Positions 9,005-17,178 of a stretch of DNA of 64,000 bases are shown piece after piece. The stretch is taken from contig JAJTYX010000059.1 of NCBI GenBank assembly GCA_021462865.1, positions 552 through 64,551 of the forward strand, given 5' to 3'. Both the position numbers and the translations under genes were made by a program. Within the stretch, counting starts at the first letter, position 1. Each line of letters starts with the position of its first letter. This DNA comes from Gammaproteobacteria bacterium. GTDB lineage: Bacteria; Pseudomonadota; Gammaproteobacteria; Steroidobacterales; GCA-2729495. Below the pieces are notes generated by a model that saw only the letters and a list, made by a program, of their open reading frames with translations, had not been told where the DNA came from and ran no database searches.

Positions 9005-10000
9005 ATGAATGTTGATAAACAGGTGCCCGGCGCGCCGGTCAGTGCGGTCGTCATCGGCGTCGAGAGCCTCGATACCTCGCTGCAGTTCTATGCCGGCACC
9101 CTGGGCCTTGCGGTCGCCGAGAGCCGGACCTGGCAGGGGCCTGCATTCGAGCGCTATTGGCGGTTGCCGGCCGGAGCGAGCGCCCGCTGTGCGTTCCTGC
9201 AGCACGGCGCAGACCCGGTCGGCCGCGTCCAGCTCATGGAGTTCACGGCGGCCGACCGCAAGCTCGTCCGGCCGCCGGCGATCCGCCGCGCGGTGGGCCT
9301 GTTCAACCTGAATATCTACGCGAGCGACATCCGCAAGGACTACGAACGGCTCACGGCGCAGGGGTTCCGGTTCTGGAGCGAGCCGGCGCACAACAACTTC
9401 GGGCCGGTGGTAGGCGAAACGCTGGAGGCCGCCTTCGACGGGCCGGACGGGGTCGTGATCAACCTGATCGAACTGCTGACCACGGATCCGAAGACGGTCA
9501 TCGGCCGCATCGTGAGCTTCATCGACCGTTACGGGCGTACGCCGGCTGGCTTTACCTCGGTGGTTACCACGGCGCACACGGTCGCCGACATGGAGAAGGC
9601 GCTCGCGTTCTATTACGGCCCGCTGCACATGACGCTGTTCATCGAGTCGATCCTGCAGGGACCGGTGACGAACCGCGCGCTCAGCCTGCCCGCGGAGGCC
9701 CGCACGCGCAGCGTGATCGTCCAGGGTAACCACGAGTACGGCAAGATCGCCCTGGCATCGGCGCTCAATTATGAGCTCCCGAGCCTGACGCAGGCTGCCG
9801 TGCCGCCGAACATCGGTTATCTCGCCCAGTCGTTCCAGGTCGCCGATCTCGACGCGACCGCCCGCGGCTCCGCCGCCGTGGGTGCGGAAGTATTCTCCGG
9901 CCCGATCGACATCGACCTGCCGGGGCGTGGCCGGTGCCGGTCGCTGCTGGTGCGCAACCCGGGCAGCGGAGCCCTGCAGGAGCTGTTCCAGGTTCTTTAG
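9005..10000 (+). CDS. VOC (glyoxalase/bleomycin resistance/dioxygenase) family protein, two-domain
   Basis: ORF 8822..10000. ATG at 9005 follows GAAGGAGGG (8987-8995). VOC-like VVIGVESLDTSLQFYAGTLGL plus a second beta-alpha-beta-beta-beta module downstream. Confidence 0.65.
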   Translation: MNVDKQVPGAPVSAVVIGVESLDTSLQFYAGTLGLAVAESRTWQGPAFERYWRLPAGASARCAFLQHGADPVGRVQLMEFTAADRKLVRPPAIRRAVGLFNLNIYASDIRKDYERLTAQGFRFWSEPAHNNFGPVVGETLEAAFDGPDGVVINLIELLTTDPKTVIGRIVSFIDRYGRTPAGFTSVVTTAHTVADMEKALAFYYGPLHMTLFIESILQGPVTNRALSLPAEARTRSVIVQGNHEYGKIALASALNYELPSLTQAAVPPNIGYLAQSFQVADLDATARGSAAVGAEVFSGPIDIDLPGRGRCRSLLVRNPGSGALQELFQVL

Positions 10001-10121
10001 CAGGGTGCCGCGCGAACGGGCCGGGCGGTCCCGGGGTTCTGGTGGCCGAACGTCGCGTCGGCCGTTGGCCCAGGGCGCTAGAATCGCAGACAATAACCAC
10101 AGTATCCGAGGGAGTTGTACC

Positions 10122-11237
10122 GTGTACCGAGTTCCCATGGCCGGGGCGGATTGCCCGCACCCCGTGCGCTGGCCCGTGCTCGCGGTGTCGGCGCTCGTCC
10201 TGCTGTCCGCCTGCGGTGGTGGCGACGAGGAACTGCCACCGGAGATTCGCCCGGTGCGGACGGTGACGATCGCGACCAACACCGCGGACGGCACGACCGC
10301 GCTGACCGGTACGGTGCAGGCGGAAAATGAAATCAACCAGTCGTTCCGTATCGACGGGCGGCTGATCGAGCGGCATGTGAGCGTCGGCGACACGGTGCGT
10401 GCGGGCCAGCTCATCGCGCGCCTCGACTCCCAGAACGAGGAGTCGAGTCTCCAGTCGGCACGGGCGCAACTGGCCGCGGCCCAGGCGCGGCTGGTGGAAG
10501 CCAGCAACAATTTCGACCGGATGCGGGACCTCGTCGCCGAGAATGCCGTGTCCCGGGCCCAGTTCGACCAGGCCGAGGCCAACCGGACTGCGGCCGCGTC
10601 GCAGGTCGAGTCGGCGCAATCCCAGGTGACGCTGGCCGAGAACCGGCTCGGCTATACGCGCCTGCACTCGTCCGTGGACGGCGTCGTGACCACCACCGCG
10701 GCCGAGCCGGGCGAGGTGGTCGGTGCCGGGCGCATGATCGTGCAGGTGGCGCGCGAGGGAGCGCGTGATGCGGTCTTCGACGTGCCGGCGCGCATCAAGG
10801 ACAGCGCGATCGGCCGCAATCCGCAGATCACGATCACGCTGGTCTCGGATCCGACGGTGACGGCGAAGGGTCGCGTGCGCGAGGTGTCGCCCCGCGCCGA
10901 CGCAGTCACCGGGACTTTCCGCGTCAGGGTCGGCCTCATCGACCCGCCGGCAGCGATGCGCCTCGGCAGCACGGTGACGGGTCGTATGCGGCTTGGCGAA
11001 TCCGCCGTCATCGAGATTCCCGCGTCCGCGGTGTTCCGCTCCGAGCGCCAGTCGGCGGTCTGGGTCGTGGACCGGGAAAGCGGTGCGGTCTCGGCCCGCA
11101 ACATCGAGGTCCGCAGTTCCACGCCGTCAACCGTTATCGTGGCCGCGGGTCTCGCGCCGGGCGACGTCGTGGTGACCGCGGGCGTGCAGGCGCTGCGGCC
11201 CGGGCAGAAGGTGCGGCTGCTCGGGGCGGGGCAGTGA
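10122..11237 (+). CDS. Efflux RND transporter periplasmic adaptor (membrane fusion protein)
   Basis: ORF 9882..11237. GTG at 10122 is 7 nt after GAGGGAG; ATG at 10137 is the alternative. Lipobox LLSACGG. Biotinyl/lipoyl-like hairpin motifs (RIDGRLIERHVSVGDTVRAGQLIARLD) and a coiled-coil segment. Confidence 0.85.
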   Translation: MYRVPMAGADCPHPVRWPVLAVSALVLLSACGGGDEELPPEIRPVRTVTIATNTADGTTALTGTVQAENEINQSFRIDGRLIERHVSVGDTVRAGQLIARLDSQNEESSLQSARAQLAAAQARLVEASNNFDRMRDLVAENAVSRAQFDQAEANRTAAASQVESAQSQVTLAENRLGYTRLHSSVDGVVTTTAAEPGEVVGAGRMIVQVAREGARDAVFDVPARIKDSAIGRNPQITITLVSDPTVTAKGRVREVSPRADAVTGTFRVRVGLIDPPAAMRLGSTVTGRMRLGESAVIEIPASAVFRSERQSAVWVVDRESGAVSARNIEVRSSTPSTVIVAAGLAPGDVVVTAGVQALRPGQKVRLLGAGQ

Positions 11238-14200
11238 TCGGTCCCAATCTTTCCGCCTGGGCGCTCAGCCGGCCTTCGCTGATCTACTTTCTGATGATCC
11301 TCGCGCTGGCCGCGGGGACGTCCTCGTTCCTGGGCCTCGGGCGCGCGGAAGATCCCGTCTTCACCTTCCGCACCATGGTCGTCGCCGCGGGCTGGCCCGG
11401 CGCGACCGTCGAGGAAACGCTCGAGCAGGTGACCGAGAGGCTGGAGCGCACCGTGCAGGAAACGCGCTTCCTCGAACGCGTGCGCAGCTACACGACCGCG
11501 GGCCAGACCACGCTGTTTGTCGATCTCAAGCAGTCGACGCCGCCCGAGGAGGTGGCCGACATCTGGTACGAGGTGCGTCGCAACGTCGGCGACATGCGCC
11601 AGACGCTGCCAGCGGGTGTGGTCGGCCCGTTCTTCAACGACGATTTCGGCGATACCTTCGGCATCATCTACGCCTTCACCGCCGACGGCTTCAACTTCCG
11701 CGAGCTGCGCGACTACGTCGAGGCGGCACGCTCGCGCCTCCTGCAGGTGCCGGACGTCTCGAAGATCGAGGTGCTCGGTGCCCAGGAGGAGCAGATCTAC
11801 ATCGAATTCTCGATCGAGCGCCTCGCCGGTTTGCGGCTCGACTTCCCGTCGATCGTGGCGACACTGCAGGCCCAGAACATCATCCGGCCGGCGGGCGTCA
11901 TGCAGACCGCCACCGAACGCGTATTCCTGCGGGTCAGCGGCGCGTTCGATTCCGAGGCGGATGTCGCGGACGTCAACTTCGTGGCCGGCGACCGCATATT
12001 CCGTCTCGGCGACGTCGCTACGGTCCGGCGCGGCTTCACCGATCCGCCACAACCGATGTTCCGCGTGAACGGCAAGTCCGCGATCGGGCTTGCGATTGCG
12101 ATGCGCGATGCCGGCGACATCCTCGCGCTCGGCGAGAATCTGCGCAAGGAGATGGCGGCGATCAGCGCCGATCTGCCGCACGGTATCGAGTACACGCTGG
12201 TTGCTGATCAGGCGGTCACCGTGGACGAGGCCATCGACGACTTCATGACCTCGCTGTGGCAGGCGATCGTGATCATCCTCGCCTGCAGCTTCGTGATGCT
12301 GGGCGTGCGCCCCGGCGCGGTGGTCGCCATGGCGATCCCGCTGACGCTCGCGGTCGTGTTCGCGGTGATGGATGCCGTCAACATCGACCTGCACCGCATC
12401 TCCCTCGGTGCGCTGATCATCGCCCTGTGTCTGCTGGTCGACGACGCGATGACGACCGTGGACGCTATGCTCAACCGACTGGCGGCTGGCGACGACAAGA
12501 AAACGGCCGGCAGTTTCGCCTACAAGACGCTTGCCGCCTCGATGCTGATCGGCACGCTGGTCACGATCGCGAGCTTCGTGCCGATCGGTTTCGCGCGCAG
12601 TTCCGCCGGCGAGTACACATTCTCGATCTTCGCCGTGGTGGGTATCGCCCTGATTGCGTCATGGCTGGTCGCCGTATTGTTCGCGCCGCTGATCGGCGGG
12701 CTGATTCTCAAGGTTCCCGAGAAGAAGGCGGGCAGCGGGCCGGGCAAGGTCGAACAGATCTACGGCGGGTTCCTGCGCGGAGCGATTCGCGCGCGCTGGC
12801 TGACCATCGGCCTGACGGTCGGCGCGTTCGTCGCGACCGTCATGGTGTTTGGGCTCGTGTCGCGCCAGTTCTTTCCCGCCTCCGACCGGCCGGAACTCAC
12901 GGTCGACCTGACGCTCAGGCAGAACGCCTCGATCTACGCCACGGAGGCGGCGGTCGAGCGCTTCGAGGAGCTCCTGAAGGGCGACCCGGACGTGGATCAT
13001 TACAGCGCCTACGTCGGCCGCGGCGCGATCCGCTTCATCCTGACGCTCAACGTGCAGCTCGCCGACCCCTTCTTCGGGCAGTTCGTGATTGTCGCCAAGG
13101 ATGCGGAGGCCCGCGAGCGCCTGCACCGCAAGCTCGAGGCGGCGCTCGAGGAGCAGTTCCCGGACATCGTGGCGCGCATTGCGCCGCTGGAACTCGGACC
13201 GCCGGTCGGCTGGCCGCTGCAGTACCGCGTGTCCGGCCCCGACCTCGATCAGGTCCGCTCGATCGCCTTCGATCTCGCCGGTGTGCTCGGCTCGGACCCG
13301 CGCGTGCGGCACGTCAACTACGACTGGATGGAGCCTGCGCGCCAGTTGCACATCCGCATCGACCAGGATGAGGCGCGCCAGCTCGGCGTCAGCACCCGGG
13401 CGCTCGCCGGCGTCCTGAATGCGGCCATGAGCGGGTCGACCATTACCCAGGTGCGCGACGACATCTACCTCGTCAACGTCGTGGCCCGCGCTGTCGACGA
13501 TGAGCGCGCGTCTTTCGACGCGCTCGGCTCGTTGCAGGTGCCGACGCCGAGCGGGCGCATGGTGCCGCTGCGGCAGTTCGCCGATTTCGTCGAGGAGCAG
13601 GAGTATCCGCTGGTCTGGCGCCGCAACCGGGTGCCGACGCTGACCGTGCGGGCCGACGTCATCCCCGGCGTGTTGCCGGACGACGTGGTCGGCACGCTCG
13701 CGCCGCAGATCGGGGCATTCGCGGACAAGCTGCCGACGCCCTACCGTGTCGAAACCGGCGGCCTGTTCGAGGAGAGCGCGATCTCGCAGGCGTCGGTGTT
13801 CGCGGTCGTGCCGTTCATGATCATGCTGATGCTCCTGATCATGATGATCCTGCTCGTCAGCTTCCGCCGGCTCGCCATCGTGGTCTGCCTGTTGCCGCTC
13901 GGCCTGATCGGCGTGGTGTCGGCGTTGCTCCTGTCCGGTCGTCCGCTCGGCTTCGTCGCCATCCTCGGCGTGCTGGCGCTGATCGGCATGATCGCGAAGA
14001 ACGCCATCATCCTCACGATCCAGATCGAGACCGACCGCGCTGCCGGCAAGAATGTCATGGACGCGGTGCTGGCTGCGGCCACCGCGCGCATGCGGCCGTT
14101 GATGCTCGCCGCGATCTCGACCGTGCTTGGCCTGATCCCGATTGCGCCGACCGTGTTCTGGGGGCCGATGGCGTTCGCCATCATGGGTGGCCTGCTGGTC

Positions 14201-14299
14201 GCGACGATGCTCACCCTCGTGCTCCTGCCGGTGTTGTACGTGACGGTGTTCGGCAACGAGAAGCCGCCCGCCGGAGAGCCCGCCGCGGAGGCGGTGTAG
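11234..14299 (+). CDS. Efflux RND transporter permease (AcrB/AcrD/AcrF family)
   Basis: 1021 aa with 12-TM RND architecture. The GTG start overlaps the MFP stop (GTGA at 11234-11237). Confidence 0.95.
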   Translation: MIGPNLSAWALSRPSLIYFLMILALAAGTSSFLGLGRAEDPVFTFRTMVVAAGWPGATVEETLEQVTERLERTVQETRFLERVRSYTTAGQTTLFVDLKQSTPPEEVADIWYEVRRNVGDMRQTLPAGVVGPFFNDDFGDTFGIIYAFTADGFNFRELRDYVEAARSRLLQVPDVSKIEVLGAQEEQIYIEFSIERLAGLRLDFPSIVATLQAQNIIRPAGVMQTATERVFLRVSGAFDSEADVADVNFVAGDRIFRLGDVATVRRGFTDPPQPMFRVNGKSAIGLAIAMRDAGDILALGENLRKEMAAISADLPHGIEYTLVADQAVTVDEAIDDFMTSLWQAIVIILACSFVMLGVRPGAVVAMAIPLTLAVVFAVMDAVNIDLHRISLGALIIALCLLVDDAMTTVDAMLNRLAAGDDKKTAGSFAYKTLAASMLIGTLVTIASFVPIGFARSSAGEYTFSIFAVVGIALIASWLVAVLFAPLIGGLILKVPEKKAGSGPGKVEQIYGGFLRGAIRARWLTIGLTVGAFVATVMVFGLVSRQFFPASDRPELTVDLTLRQNASIYATEAAVERFEELLKGDPDVDHYSAYVGRGAIRFILTLNVQLADPFFGQFVIVAKDAEARERLHRKLEAALEEQFPDIVARIAPLELGPPVGWPLQYRVSGPDLDQVRSIAFDLAGVLGSDPRVRHVNYDWMEPARQLHIRIDQDEARQLGVSTRALAGVLNAAMSGSTITQVRDDIYLVNVVARAVDDERASFDALGSLQVPTPSGRMVPLRQFADFVEEQEYPLVWRRNRVPTLTVRADVIPGVLPDDVVGTLAPQIGAFADKLPTPYRVETGGLFEESAISQASVFAVVPFMIMLMLLIMMILLVSFRRLAIVVCLLPLGLIGVVSALLLSGRPLGFVAILGVLALIGMIAKNAIILTIQIETDRAAGKNVMDAVLAAATARMRPLMLAAISTVLGLIPIAPTVFWGPMAFAIMGGLLVATMLTLVLLPVLYVTVFGNEKPPAGEPAAEAV

Positions 14300-14312
14300 G
14301 CGGCGCGCCGCT

Positions 14313-14867
14313 GTGACCTCGCAAGCGATCATCGAGCTGCATGTCAACGAGCTGCGACAGCTCTTCGACGCGATGGATCCGGCGCCGTTTCGCGAACGAG
14401 ACCTCGATCCGAAGGCGGAAAGGTACATCGTGGACTGGGCGCGTGAGCAGCACGCGGACCGTCCTCTCGCCCTGGTCGTGCGGGTTGGCGGCGATGCGGC
14501 GACGCCTGCCAATGTCAGCATGCTGCAGGAGGCGGTCCACGAACATTTCCGTCGGCTCGCCATCAGCGAGCGGCAGCGTCTGCGCCAGTTGTTCCGTGTC
14601 GGCCGCATCAGCCTTGCCATCGGGCTCGGCTTCGTCGCGATCGCCGCAGTCGCTGCGGAGTTTTACGGCACGATTTTAAGATACAACGCCACAAGCTCAT
14701 TCGTCAGTGACAGCCTCGTTATCGTCTCATGGGTGGCGATGTGGCGGCCGCTCGAGACCTTTCTCTACGACTGGTGGCCGATCCTTGCCGAGGCGCGGTT
14801 GCTCGATCGCCTGGGCGCGATGGACGTTCGCGTGATCGGGGCGACGGCGCAGGCACGGGCGGGATGA
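14313..14867 (+). CDS. Conserved hypothetical membrane protein (soluble N-domain plus about 2 TM)
   Basis: 184-aa ORF with a GTG start 13 nt after the RND stop. Its stop overlaps the mrpE start (ATGA at 14864). N-domain motif DPAPFRERDLDPKAERYIVDWA. C-terminal hydrophobic helices ISLAIGLGFVAIAAVAAEF and SLVIVSWVAMW. No named family recognised. Confidence 0.6.
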   Translation: MTSQAIIELHVNELRQLFDAMDPAPFRERDLDPKAERYIVDWAREQHADRPLALVVRVGGDAATPANVSMLQEAVHEHFRRLAISERQRLRQLFRVGRISLAIGLGFVAIAAVAAEFYGTILRYNATSSFVSDSLVIVSWVAMWRPLETFLYDWWPILAEARLLDRLGAMDVRVIGATAQARAG

Positions 14868-15352
14868 GCGCACCTCTTCGCGTCGTCGCCCTGCGCGCCG
14901 CGGTGTATTTCCTGCTGTGGGTCGTGCTGATGCCGAGCGCAAAAGCGGCGGACCTGGCATTCGGTTCGATTGCGGCGGCGCTCGCGACCTGCGCGAGTTT
15001 GTACCTGCTGCCGCCCGCGGCCGGGGAACTGCGGGTCCCTGCGCTGCTCCTGTACCTGCCGCGTTTCCTGTGGAAATCCGTCGCGGCGGGCGTCGATATC
15101 GCGCGCCGCGCGTTCGATCCGCGCCTGCCATTGCAGCCGGGATTCGTATCCTGTTCCACCGGTCTGCCACCCGGGCGCGCGCGTAATGAGTTCGCTTCGA
15201 TCACGAGCCTGATGCCGGGCTCTGTTCCTGCCGGAGACGGGCCGGGCGCGATCGAATTTCACTGCCTCGATACCGGGCAGCCGGTGGCGGAGCAGATTGC
15301 GGCCGAGGAGCGTGCGCTCGCCGGGGTCCTGGTGCCGGGAGGCCGGGCATGA
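14864..15352 (+). CDS. mrpE: Na+/H+ (monovalent cation/H+) antiporter subunit E-like (MnhE/MrpE/MbhA-like)
   Basis: Within ORF 14729..15352. ATG at 14864 overlaps the upstream stop. About 160 aa with 2 N-terminal TM helices and a C-terminal soluble part. Sits at the head of the F-G-B-C-D string. Confidence 0.7.
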   Translation: MSAPLRVVALRAAVYFLLWVVLMPSAKAADLAFGSIAAALATCASLYLLPPAAGELRVPALLLYLPRFLWKSVAAGVDIARRAFDPRLPLQPGFVSCSTGLPPGRARNEFASITSLMPGSVPAGDGPGAIEFHCLDTGQPVAEQIAAEERALAGVLVPGGRA

Positions 15353-15609
15353 ACGGGTTCCTGCTGGGAACGGCCGCCTTCATGCTCGTCATGGTCGCGC
15401 TGGGGTGGTTTCGCATCCTGCGCGGCCCGGACGACGTGGAGCGCATGATGGCAGCGCAGCTCTTCGGTACCGGTGGGATCGCCGCGCTCCTGCTCGCCGG
15501 GGTGGCGACCGGCATCAGCGCGATCATCGACGTGGCGCTGGTGCTCGCGGTACTGGCCGTGTTCGCTTCCGTCGCGTTCGTGAAAGCCGGTACGGGGGAG
15601 GGCGCGTGA
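15349..15609 (+). CDS. mrpF: Monovalent cation/H+ antiporter subunit F (MnhF/MrpF)
   Basis: 86 aa. Motif FRILRGPDDVERMMAAQL matches the MrpF R-x-x-x-GP-x-x-x-DR pattern. Start overlaps the mrpE stop. Confidence 0.8.
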   Translation: MNGFLLGTAAFMLVMVALGWFRILRGPDDVERMMAAQLFGTGGIAALLLAGVATGISAIIDVALVLAVLAVFASVAFVKAGTGEGA

Positions 15610-15899
15610 ACGCCACGATCGAGCTCCTGTCCATCGCTGCGATCGCCGCCGGCGCGTTCTTCTTCCTGGCCGGCACGGTCGGCCTGCTGCGTTTCCCCGA
15701 TACGCTGACGCGCCTGCATGCGCTGACCAAAGCTGACAATCTCGGGCTCGGCCTGATCGTGCTCGGCCTCATGCCACGCTTCGACAGCGCCTTCGCCGCG
15801 GCCAAACTGGTGGTCGTCTGGTTCCTGGTCATGCTGGCCTCGGCGGTCGTCTCCCAGCTCGTCGCACGCGCGGCACGTTGCGGAGACCTGCCGCGATGA
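15606..15899 (+). CDS. mrpG: Monovalent cation/H+ antiporter subunit G (MnhG/MrpG)
   Basis: GTG at 15606 overlaps the mrpF stop (GTGA). Motif GLLRFPDTLTRLHALTKADNLG is the MnhG signature. Confidence 0.8.
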   Translation: MNATIELLSIAAIAAGAFFFLAGTVGLLRFPDTLTRLHALTKADNLGLGLIVLGLMPRFDSAFAAAKLVVVWFLVMLASAVVSQLVARAARCGDLPR

Positions 15900-16831
15900 T
15901 CGACGTGCTCAACCTGATCCTGGTCGCCATGGTCCTCGGCCTCGCGATCTGGGCGATCGCGGCGCGCGATGCGTTCGCGGCGACCGTGGGTTTCCTGGTC
16001 TATGGGCTCCTGCTCGCGCTGGTCTGGGTCAGCCTGCGCGCGATTGACGTGGCGCTGACCGAGGTGGCGATCGGCGCCGGGCTGACCGGAGCGCTGCTGA
16101 TCGGCGCCGCGTCCCGGCTGCGCAAGGTGCAAGCGCCCGGCGACGAGCGGCCCGCGGTCCTGACCCGGGTGCTGGGCGGCCTGCTGGCCGCGGCCGTGAC
16201 GGCAGCGCTCGCTGCCTGCGTGCTCTGGCTGCCCGATCCGCCACCGACGCTCGGCGCGGTCGTTGCCGCCAACCTGGGCGCGACCGGTGTCGGCAACCCG
16301 ATCACCGGCGTGCTGATGGCGTTTCGCGCGCTCGATACGCTGCTCGAAGCGACCGTGCTGCTGTTCGCCGTGATCGGCGTCTGGTCGCTGTCGCCCGACC
16401 GCTTCTGGGGTGGCCGGGCAGGGCCGGCGCATCGTTCCGACCCCGACGGCATCCTTGCCTGGCTCGGGCGCGTGCTGCCCCCGATCGGCATCGTGATCGC
16501 GATCTATATCCTCTGGGTCGGCGCGGACGAGCCGGGCGGCAAGTTCCAGGGCGCGACCATCCTCGCGGCGATGTGGATTCTCGTCATCATGGCCGGGCTC
16601 GCGGATGTGCCGCCCGCCGGTCGCCGTGCGCTGCGGCTCGGGCTGGTCCTGGGCCCGGCCGTGTTCATCGCGCTCGGTTTCGTCGGTGCCGGGCTGGCTG
16701 GCGCGTTCCTCGCCTGGCCGGCCGGGCTCGAGAAGGCGTTGATCGTAGTGGTCGAGGTCGCGCTCATGCCTTCGCTCGCCGTCACCCTCGGCCTGCTGCT
16801 CGCCGGCACCCTGCAGAGGCCGCCCAGGTGA
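15896..16831 (+). CDS. mrpB: DUF4040 (MrpA C-terminal / MbhD-E-like) fused to an MnhB/MrpB domain
   Basis: ATG at 15896 overlaps the mrpG stop (ATGA). 311 aa. N-terminal hydrophobic DUF4040-like part, then the MnhB motif GNPITGVLMAFRALDTLLEATVLLFAV. Confidence 0.75.
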   Translation: MIDVLNLILVAMVLGLAIWAIAARDAFAATVGFLVYGLLLALVWVSLRAIDVALTEVAIGAGLTGALLIGAASRLRKVQAPGDERPAVLTRVLGGLLAAAVTAALAACVLWLPDPPPTLGAVVAANLGATGVGNPITGVLMAFRALDTLLEATVLLFAVIGVWSLSPDRFWGGRAGPAHRSDPDGILAWLGRVLPPIGIVIAIYILWVGADEPGGKFQGATILAAMWILVIMAGLADVPPAGRRALRLGLVLGPAVFIALGFVGAGLAGAFLAWPAGLEKALIVVVEVALMPSLAVTLGLLLAGTLQRPPR

Positions 16832-17172
16832 TCGACGCGACGGCGCTTTTCGGCCTCTGCGCGGCGGTGCTCGTCGGCCTCGGGCTGTACGGGCTGGTGG
16901 TGAATCCGCAGCCGCTGCGCAAGCTCATCGCATTCAACATCATCGGCAACGGCATTTTCATGATCTGCGCGGTCATTGCCCGGCGCGGGGCGGGGGCCGG
17001 CTTCGGCGGCGATCCCGTGCCGCAGGCCCTGCTGATCACCGCGATCGTGGTCGCGTTTGCCGCCTCGGCCCTGGCCGTCGCCACGCTGCTGCGGCTGCAC
17101 GAGGAGACGGGCTCCACGTCGATCGCTCCGGATGCGCCGGCGGATGCCAGCAGTAGCTCGGGCGGGAACTGA
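16828..17172 (+). CDS. mrpC: Monovalent cation/H+ antiporter subunit C (MnhC/MrpC, NuoK-like)
   Basis: GTG at 16828 overlaps the mrpB stop (GTGA). Motif GLYGLVVNPQPLRKLIAFNIIGNGIFM is NuoK/MnhC-like. Confidence 0.8.
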   Translation: MIDATALFGLCAAVLVGLGLYGLVVNPQPLRKLIAFNIIGNGIFMICAVIARRGAGAGFGGDPVPQALLITAIVVAFAASALAVATLLRLHEETGSTSIAPDAPADASSSSGGN

Positions 17173-17178
17173 CGCACC

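Noticed and set aside
10652-14620. Long minus-strand ORFs (10652..12394 and 12659..14620) and off-frame plus-strand ORFs across the MFP/RND genes
   Set aside because: They are antisense or out of frame to a clear 1021-aa RND permease, and have an Arg/His/Asp/Gly-rich composition without TM helices.
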